The position numbers and the translations under genes were made by a program. A model generated the notes under the pieces. It was not told the DNA's origin. It made no database searches and saw nothing but the letters and a program-made list of their open reading frames with translations. Shown piece after piece: positions 28,914-35,181 of a stretch of DNA of 37,697 nt (position 1 is the stretch's first letter; the number at the start of each line of letters is the position of its first letter). Source of the stretch: a plasmid. Location: the sequence record NZ_CP016506.1; one strand, 5' to 3'.

Positions 28914-29023
28914 AGGAGTAGGGGGCTAATATACCTGCAAGGCAGGATATTAACTCAGGAGATTGGGGGTGTGGTGTTTAGTCAATGCATTTGAATATTG
29001 TAACTAAAATATGTTTTTATTAA

Positions 29024-29050
29024 AGGCCGGAGGTGGTTAGCCCCCGGCCT
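29024..29050. other. GC-rich stem-loop (aggccggaggtggttagcccccggcct) at 3' end of toxin gene; conserved in second toxin locus
   Basis: Inverted repeat with no U-tract. Followed in both loci by the conserved tagttacgtttccgc. Confidence 0.5.
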
Positions 29051-29067
29051 TAGTTACGTTTCCGCCA

Positions 29068-29151
29068 TCAGCCCATCAACTGGAGAAGGTAGCGAATCAG
29101 TTCAAGAAGTGAGATTAGTGCCCCCAGAACGATGATTGCTTTATCAATCAT
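29068..29151 (-). CDS. dinQ: DinQ-like type I toxin peptide (27 aa, MIDKAIIVLGALISLLELIRYLLQLMG), not in ORF track
   Basis: 22 of 27 residues match E. coli DinQ. GGAG RBS 7 nt upstream. A single TM helix. Confidence 0.7.
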   Translation of the reverse strand: MIDKAIIVLGALISLLELIRYLLQLMG

Positions 29152-29253
29152 CCGTTTACTCCATTATATGGAGCAGACTCCCGATACTTACTCTTACACT
29201 GCCTGTCATATCGGTTGTTCTTCGGTGTTGGTTGAAGACAGTTCCACTCCAGC

Positions 29254-29374
29254 CAGAGCCACCAACTCAGGGCTGGAAAACACAAAAAAGCCCGATTACC
29301 CGTCGGGTTTTTTTGTGCCTGTCGTTTGGCTGTACTTCCGTTTTTTCCCCTTCATTTGAGGGATTTTTCTTTCA
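29254..29374 (+). ncRNA. 120-bp repeat A: candidate agrB-like antitoxin sRNA gene (hairpin ccagcc..ggctgg then bidirectional terminator aaaaaagcccgattacccgtcgggttttttt)
   Basis: 96% identical to 34924-35043. Contains a tgcctgtcg stretch resembling tgcctgtca in the toxin leader. Confidence 0.4.
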
Positions 29375-29835
29375 TTTTTTGTTGCAGCCAATACCGCTGA
29401 TCGCGTTGGCCAACAGAACGATGCCGTTACCGGCATTATCATGAATCCCATTTTTTCAGTAAGTTGCAGCATACAAAGTAATTAAAAAAACGTCATTTTT
29501 TGTTGATGGATGCAGTAGCGGTGGTGTGCTACGTGAAATCTGGGAAATGCTGGCGGGTAAGTGACTCAATTTTTTAATCTCCGCACCTGTTTTTTTGGAC
29601 GTGCCAGCAATTATGACCTGAAGCAGAGGTGCGTCCGACAACAAAAATTCCGATCACCAGAAAAAATTTTGGACATTTTTTCCGATAATGCATTTTTGTC
29701 CAGGGGGATATGAACTACAGGGCAGGGCGAAAAGGAAGCGGTTATCTTGAATATCCATAGGATATGGGCTCATATGCCGGAATAGGGCACCAGATAAAGG
29801 AAATGAATTCAGTGTATGTTGTAACTAATAGGATC

Positions 29836-29859
29836 TGGACAGAATCACCTGAACGTCCA
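29836..29859. promoter_or_regulatory. operator-like palindrome TGGACA-N12-cGTCCA (copy 1)
   Basis: One of four near-identical sites, found only in the island. Confidence 0.45.
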
Positions 29860-29961
29860 GTCGGGCGCTAATCTATAATAAATGACCGTAGAAGGGCCAT
29901 TTCTACGGCAAAGTTCTGGAGATGATAAAATAAGAGCCTTAAACAATAAAAGGATTTGCTT

Positions 29962-30069
29962 ATGACACTGGACCAACTGCTTGAAATCCACGACCGCGCT
30001 GGGCTGAGCACCTATGAACAGGAAACAATTATATCTTTCATTAACCAGCGGCGAGGTGACTTGGTGTAA
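29962..30069 (+). CDS. hypothetical 35-aa protein, not in ORF track
   Basis: AAGGA RBS. 6 nt upstream of the next ORF. Confidence 0.3.
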   Translation: MTLDQLLEIHDRAGLSTYEQETIISFINQRRGDLV

Positions 30070-30074
30070 AAGCG

Positions 30075-30362
30075 TTGCCGGAAATTATGCCTCCAGTATC
30101 TTGCGGCTGGATCTCCAGAAGAATAAAACAGCGTTCTCAGGAGCAGGCAGACGAAAATAGCTGGAATTATTATAAACAGAAGATTCAGGAATGGATAACG
30201 CTAATCGAATTGCATGAGGCATCACTTACCAGGGGGGAAAAGCTAACGCACTTTGTGGGAAAGCATAAATGGTGGTTAGGAGGCACTTGCGCAGTTATCG
30301 CATCAATTACAAGCACTGTGATAGCTAGCTGGATTCTTTCGTTATGGACTTGGGCTAACTGA
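30075..30362 (+). CDS. hypothetical C-terminally membrane-anchored protein (95 aa)
   Basis: C-terminal hydrophobic helix (GGTCAVIASITSTVIASWILSLW). Confidence 0.45.
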   Translation: MPEIMPPVSCGWISRRIKQRSQEQADENSWNYYKQKIQEWITLIELHEASLTRGEKLTHFVGKHKWWLGGTCAVIASITSTVIASWILSLWTWAN

Positions 30363-30677
30363 CGTGACAGAAGCTGCGTTACGTCCAAGTTGATAAAAAG
30401 TTGTTATCCACAGAGAACAGGGCGGTCATCCGGCGGGTTCAATAATATGGTATTATTACAGCACCTTAAAAAATAAGGATTGCGGACGGATGATATATTG
30501 ATAAAGGATACTCATGCGTGTAAAACGCAAAATACCCTGAGTAATCAGGGTATTAAACGCGGAAAAGTAAAGGTTGAGCGCTTTACATTTTCCATTCACA
30601 CCAGAGGCGTGACTAAATCTAAAATTGATTCTACGGCAACGTTCAATCTACGTCAAATCGCCAATGGTTTTCCTGTT

Positions 30678-30809
30678 ATGAAAATTACCGGAGGCTTCAT
30701 GTTGTTAACCATCATCGACACCTATCTTCATGCTTCATTACTGACACAGATACTGGTAATCCCGTTTATCTGTGCGGTGGTGTGGGCGGTAAAGAAAATC
30801 CGGGTATAA
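30678..30809 (+). CDS. small hydrophobic peptide (43 aa; or 36 aa from ATG 30699 after GGAGG)
   Basis: A single TM helix with a KKIRV tail. A strong terminator lies downstream. The ORF track's 109-aa version lacks an RBS. Confidence 0.4.
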   Translation: MKITGGFMLLTIIDTYLHASLLTQILVIPFICAVVWAVKKIRV

Positions 30810-30813
30810 CTTA

Positions 30814-30860
30814 AACATGGCTGGCTGAGAGGCCAGCCATGTTCAGTGAGTTTTGTTTCG
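30814..30860 (+). terminator. Rho-independent terminator (aacatggctggc..gccagccatgtt + T-rich)
   Basis: 12-bp perfect stem followed by gttttgttt. Confidence 0.7.
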
Positions 30861-30862
30861 AA

Positions 30863-30886
30863 TGGACAGAATTACCTGAGTGTCCA
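30863..30886. promoter_or_regulatory. operator-like palindrome TGGACA-N12-TGTCCA (copy 2)
   Basis: Upstream of the 116-aa gene. Confidence 0.45.
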
Positions 30887-30959
30887 ACCCATTGCGGCGC
30901 AGGGATAAAGCTGTAAACTTTTACTGATGAACAAAGTAGCCCGTTGGGCATAAGACAAC

Positions 30960-31310
30960 ATGGAGCAAACCTTGGCTAAGGTAACCAGAATTCAGGCCGG
31001 AAGATACGCAGTCGATGATGGGCGTTGCATTATAAAAAATAACTCTGGGTGGCTTATTGTCGATGCTAATGGCGCTCATGATTTTGGACCTGTCCCCACA
31101 TTAGCAGCAGCTAAGGAATATGTTGAGTCTGGTACTGTTCCGCTAAGGCAGCACAATTTTTCTACATCTCATGGTCGAAGACAAAGTAAAAAAGAATTTA
31201 ATGCGTATTTGGCATCTGAAGCTAAAAATGGCAATCCAATGCCAGCCATTCTTTGGATAATTGTCCTTTGCATCATCTGCGGCATTGTAGTTGCAGTTCG
31301 AGGTTATTAA
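30960..31310 (+). CDS. hypothetical C-terminally membrane-anchored protein (116 aa)
   Basis: Soluble N-terminal domain and a C-terminal TM helix (ILWIIVLCIICGIVVAV). Confidence 0.5.
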   Translation: MEQTLAKVTRIQAGRYAVDDGRCIIKNNSGWLIVDANGAHDFGPVPTLAAAKEYVESGTVPLRQHNFSTSHGRRQSKKEFNAYLASEAKNGNPMPAILWIIVLCIICGIVVAVRGY

Positions 31311-31313
31311 TCT

Positions 31314-31337
31314 TGGACAGAAAATGCTGTATGTCCA
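31314..31337. promoter_or_regulatory. operator-like palindrome TGGACA-N12-TGTCCA (copy 3)
   Basis: Upstream of the 169-aa gene and the OLD gene. Confidence 0.45.
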
Positions 31338-31393
31338 GTCAGCCGGAGAATTATACTAGCGACCATGATCATCACAGGAAGAACGCGTAACAG

Positions 31394-31903
31394 ATGGCAA
31401 CTGAGTGGGTAGATGTGGCTGATAATGCCGTTAAAATTGGGCTGGGTGCATTAATCACCATTGTTGGTGGCTGGATTACACTGAAATTAACACACTGCCA
31501 CGAAATAAGAAAAGATGCAATAGCTCAGCGACTGCGGGATATAGATAAAAAAACTGACCGCTATATAGATTTTCTTTCTTCATCGCAAACGCTAATGCAG
31601 AAATATCTTTATGAATCATGTGATCCAGGTAGCGAGGACTACACCAATTATATGCGGTTGCATAATATTGTAAGCCTGACATCCTCCCCTGAATTGCGAA
31701 TCTATGCTTTTGATACTCAGTCCAAAGTATCGCAATTTATCCTGCTCAGAAAGCCCAACGAACCAGAGGTTATTGATTCCTGTCGCAATGCCGCGAGAAA
31801 CGCCGTTTCTGTGCTTCAGGGGGCAGTGAGTGCTGAATTGCTTCAGGATAAAGCAGCACTTCAGGACAAACAACATGCATGGTGGGCTTTCTGGCGAAAA
31901 TAA
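31394..31903 (+). CDS. hypothetical N-terminally membrane-anchored protein (169 aa)
   Basis: AGGAAG RBS. N-terminal TM helix. Confidence 0.55.
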   Translation: MATEWVDVADNAVKIGLGALITIVGGWITLKLTHCHEIRKDAIAQRLRDIDKKTDRYIDFLSSSQTLMQKYLYESCDPGSEDYTNYMRLHNIVSLTSSPELRIYAFDTQSKVSQFILLRKPNEPEVIDSCRNAARNAVSVLQGAVSAELLQDKAALQDKQHAWWAFWRK

Positions 31904-32008
31904 AGCAGAACAGTGGAGGAAGAGCCATTTATCCAAGTAGCGAAAGACAGTTAAAGCCTTGGGAAAAAATGTCGATAATCCGAGCAATATTCTATCGTAG
32001 GAAGAAAA

Positions 32009-33910
32009 ATGGAAATAGTATCATTTAAAGTTTCTCAGTATAGGTCTATTTCAGGGGAGATATCCTCTGATAACTTTAATGGATTAACCATTGTTGGGCA
32101 AAACAACAGTGGTAAAACAAACCTATTAAAAGCTATGAGGGTTTTTTTTGAAGGAAAATTTAATCCTGACTTATATGACTATGAAAAAGATAAGCCACAT
32201 GGTGTTAAGCAAGGACAAACTAGTTTTGCTGTAAGATTTACTTTTTCTGAAAGTGAGCTAGATGATGTCTCTGAGGATTTGAGCCAAGACGATGATGATG
32301 ACGATGATGACTCGATTATTGAACTTGGTGTTTTAGGGGAGCAAGAAGAACCTAGTAATTCTATTTCATTTGATGATGGCAGCTCTAAACAACAAGAATC
32401 AAAACCAACTCAATCAAGAGGCAGAAAGCTAAGTTTGAGAGATAGATATTTGCAGCTGTTTAACATGATTGATGACTCCAGGTTAAATTCACCTCAAAAC
32501 GAAGTGACCGTACATCTGACAATATCTAATAAAAACAATTACTTTTACACTGTCTTTAAAGGTTACAAGAGGAAACCTGAAGTAACTTCCTCCATGTATA
32601 CATCTGTTGAAAGAAGGTTCATAGAAAAAATACTTTCTAGTTTTGAGTGTGTGTATATACCATCGTCAAAAAGTATTGATGATATATATCATAATCTATT
32701 AGTTCCATATGTTAGGAGTGAAGTAGCTTCAGCCATGAAAACATCGGTTCAAGTGATTCATGATAAACTGTTGGAAGTGTCTGAAAAGATAACAAATGAA
32801 ATGATTCTAAGCGGTATAGATGACTGTAGCTTTATGATTAAAGCTCCGCCATCTCTTGATGAGTTATTTGGTCGCTTTGAGGTTTCAATAAAAGATACTA
32901 TTGAGAATGTGATATCGAGTAAAGGTATGGGGCTACAATGCTTATCTTTATTTTCTTCATTTAAATCTATTTCAGAGAGAAAACTTACTCTAGGTAAGAA
33001 AACGATTTGGATGGTTGAGGAGCCTGAGTCTTTCTTGCATCCCTCATTAGGCCGGTCATGTAATCACATTTTCAAATCACTGATGGATGTTGCTTATGTT
33101 CTTATTACAACTCATTCCTTATCATTTGTCAGTGATGAGCCAAGTAAGATCATTGAGTTATATAAAGATGACGCCGGTGTTACAAAAGATAAAAAGCATG
33201 AAAAAAGATTTAATGCAGTTGCAAGCATAAGAGAAAATCTTGGGGTCAGATTTTCTGATTTCTTTAACATATCAAGTAGTGCAGTTTTCGTTGAAGGTAT
33301 CACCGACAAACAATATATAGAATCAATATTGAAATTGACATCTGAACATGATGAGTTTAAGAACAGATGGCCTTTTCTGAGGAGTGCTAAAGTTGATGAG
33401 TTTGGTGGAGTCAGTCAACTTGGGGGATTCTTGAAAGGGTGCTACGAGTTTATTTCTAAAGATGTCCCCGTAATATCTGTTTTTGACGGTGATGAAGCTG
33501 GGGTCAAAGAAAGAACCAGATTACAAAGCTACTTTGGTAAAAAACAAATTAGATTTGAGTCAAATAAAGACTATATTTCTGTAAGAAGTGGTTTTGCTAT
33601 TGAAGGCCTCTTCCCTGACGATTTCATTTCTGACGCAATGGAAACCCATCCGTCGTGGTTTATCGGAGGAAAATCTGTTGATGCCGATGATGTAATTGAA
33701 CCATTCAAAGTGCAAGATAATAAAAAAACTAACTTATTAAATTTCTTCCTGGAAAAATGTCGTGTTCAACCTATATGCGGTTGGATTTCTCGGTGGGAAA
33801 AGGTGTTTAACGTCATAGACTCAGCCTTGCGAGATAAAAGTGAATCCATCACAAACAAAAAACGAACCGAAGATACTTCCGGTAACACTTCAGCTCATCA
33901 AGCTGCATAA
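32009..33910 (+). CDS. OLD-family ATP-dependent nuclease (ABC-type ATPase + C-terminal Toprim)
   Basis: Walker A GQNNSGKTNLLKA. The OLD signature Walker B VEEPESFLHP. H-loop ITTHS. Toprim motifs VFVEGITD and FDGDEAG. AGGAAG RBS. Confidence 0.85.
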   Translation: MEIVSFKVSQYRSISGEISSDNFNGLTIVGQNNSGKTNLLKAMRVFFEGKFNPDLYDYEKDKPHGVKQGQTSFAVRFTFSESELDDVSEDLSQDDDDDDDDSIIELGVLGEQEEPSNSISFDDGSSKQQESKPTQSRGRKLSLRDRYLQLFNMIDDSRLNSPQNEVTVHLTISNKNNYFYTVFKGYKRKPEVTSSMYTSVERRFIEKILSSFECVYIPSSKSIDDIYHNLLVPYVRSEVASAMKTSVQVIHDKLLEVSEKITNEMILSGIDDCSFMIKAPPSLDELFGRFEVSIKDTIENVISSKGMGLQCLSLFSSFKSISERKLTLGKKTIWMVEEPESFLHPSLGRSCNHIFKSLMDVAYVLITTHSLSFVSDEPSKIIELYKDDAGVTKDKKHEKRFNAVASIRENLGVRFSDFFNISSSAVFVEGITDKQYIESILKLTSEHDEFKNRWPFLRSAKVDEFGGVSQLGGFLKGCYEFISKDVPVISVFDGDEAGVKERTRLQSYFGKKQIRFESNKDYISVRSGFAIEGLFPDDFISDAMETHPSWFIGGKSVDADDVIEPFKVQDNKKTNLLNFFLEKCRVQPICGWISRWEKVFNVIDSALRDKSESITNKKRTEDTSGNTSAHQAA

Positions 33911-33984
33911 TCGATTGTGTGCACCAAGGTTGCACATACACCTGATTAATCAAGAGTGAGACCATAACAAGCCTATATCAGATA

Positions 33985-34016
33985 ACAGCCCTCTTCATAA
34001 GAGGGCTGTCTTTTTC
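33985..34016 (+). terminator. Rho-independent terminator (acagccctcttcataagagggctgt + TTTTT)
   Basis: 10-bp stem and a T-run. Confidence 0.75.
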
Positions 34017-34239
34017 GCGGGCATCGTACTTGGAAAATGGAAAACATCCTACGCTAAGAGCGTTTTTTAAACAACCGGCTTGTTGGTTTTTACGAGATAC
34101 TGTGCAGTTGAAGGAACAAGATAAAGGAATTAAAGACCCTTTAGTACCATACTTTCATGAAATTTTCCCATATTTTCTTTTAGATCGTGCAACAGCGAAA
34201 AGACGTAGGAATTGGCTTGATTAGCCGCAATACTATTTC

Positions 34240-34262
34240 TGGACAGAATGAGTGTATGTCCA
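34240..34262. promoter_or_regulatory. operator-like palindrome TGGACA-N11-TGTCCA (copy 4)
   Basis: Downstream of the OLD gene and upstream of the toxin-2 locus. Confidence 0.45.
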
Positions 34263-34441
34263 AGTCGGGCGAGGAATTAAACGAGGGGCGTAAAAAAGGC
34301 CGCTTACGCGACCTCAGCCTTTTGCGGTTTTGGCTTGGTGATATACCACGATAGACAACCGACAAACATCGCAACAGGGAAAGGAAGAAGTAAACAGCGC
34401 CCCAAAATGCTCATAAAATCCATAAATCCTCCTTTGTTAAA

Positions 34442-34470
34442 GGGCAGGAAGCGGTTCACTTCCTGCCCTT
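34442..34470. other. GC-rich stem-loop (gggcaggaagcggttcacttcctgccc) at 3' end of second toxin gene
   Basis: Counterpart of 29024-29050, followed by the same tagttacgtttccgc. Confidence 0.5.
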
Positions 34471-34489
34471 AGTTACGTTTCCGCTGTCA

Positions 34490-34585
34490 TCAGTCGATGA
34501 ACTGGCGAATCAGTTCCAGAATTGCAATCAGCGCGTTTGCAACGGCGACCACAGCCCTGAGAACGATGATTAACAAATTAATCAT
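34490..34585 (-). CDS. DinQ-family-like type I toxin peptide 2 (31 aa, MINLLIIVLRAVVAVANALIAILELIRQFID), not in ORF track
   Basis: Same architecture as 29068-29151, with GGAG-aaacgg-ATG, a shared ELIR motif, and the same flanking sequences. Confidence 0.6.
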   Translation of the reverse strand: MINLLIIVLRAVVAVANALIAILELIRQFID

Positions 34586-34923
34586 CCGTTTCTCCAGTAA
34601 AACTGGAGGAAATCACCGTTGCTTACTCATACACTGCCTGTCACAACGGCTCTCTCGCATTGTTAGGTGTAGAGTGACCTCCTCCTGCCAGAGCACCGAA
34701 TACAGCACCACCTGTTTATCCAGCCAGGACTTTAAAATCGTTCATACCCGCAGATACGGGAAGGGCAGGATTGCAAGTCAACTACATGACTAACTGACTG
34801 ATTATACGCTACACAAAACACCCGTTACACCACTAAATGTGGTTCCTTAACCACATTTAGTTGCTTTACAGCACCATAGTGAATAAAATGTAAACGTTAG
34901 GTGTAGAGTAACCTTCTCCAGTC

Positions 34924-35043
34924 AGAGCCACCAACTCAGGGCTGGAAAACACAAAAAAGCCCGATTACCAGTCGGGTTTTTTTGTGCCTGTCGTTCGGCT
35001 GTACTTCCGTTTTTCCCCCTTCATTTGAGGGATTTTTCTTTCA
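34924..35043 (+). ncRNA. 120-bp repeat B: second copy of candidate agrB-like sRNA gene with bidirectional terminator
   Basis: 96% identical to 29254-29374. Confidence 0.4.
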
Positions 35044-35181
35044 GTTTTTTATCGGTGACTGTTTCATGGCTGGATTAATGTGGGGGTAAGGTATAGAGCA
35101 TTGCCTAACCTGCAAACTTTCAATACATTAGTAAGATTAGGATTTTTACTTACTCATCCAAACGAAAAAATGGAATGAAAA

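Noticed and set aside
29456-29644. 62-aa minus-strand ORF in island intergenic DNA
   Set aside because: It has no RBS and overlaps hairpin and operator-rich noncoding sequence.
30480-30809. 109-aa version of ORF 30480..30809
   Set aside because: The N-terminal 66 residues have no RBS or domain character. Only the C-terminal hydrophobic peptide is preceded by GGAGG and followed by a terminator.
29836-34262. Whether the TGGACA-N12-TGTCCA elements are integron attC sites (small cassettes separated by palindromes) or LexA boxes
   Set aside because: They have no GTTRRRY/RYYYAAC core pairs and no intI nearby. They do not fit CTGT-N8-ACAG. A transcription-factor operator is the more economical explanation.
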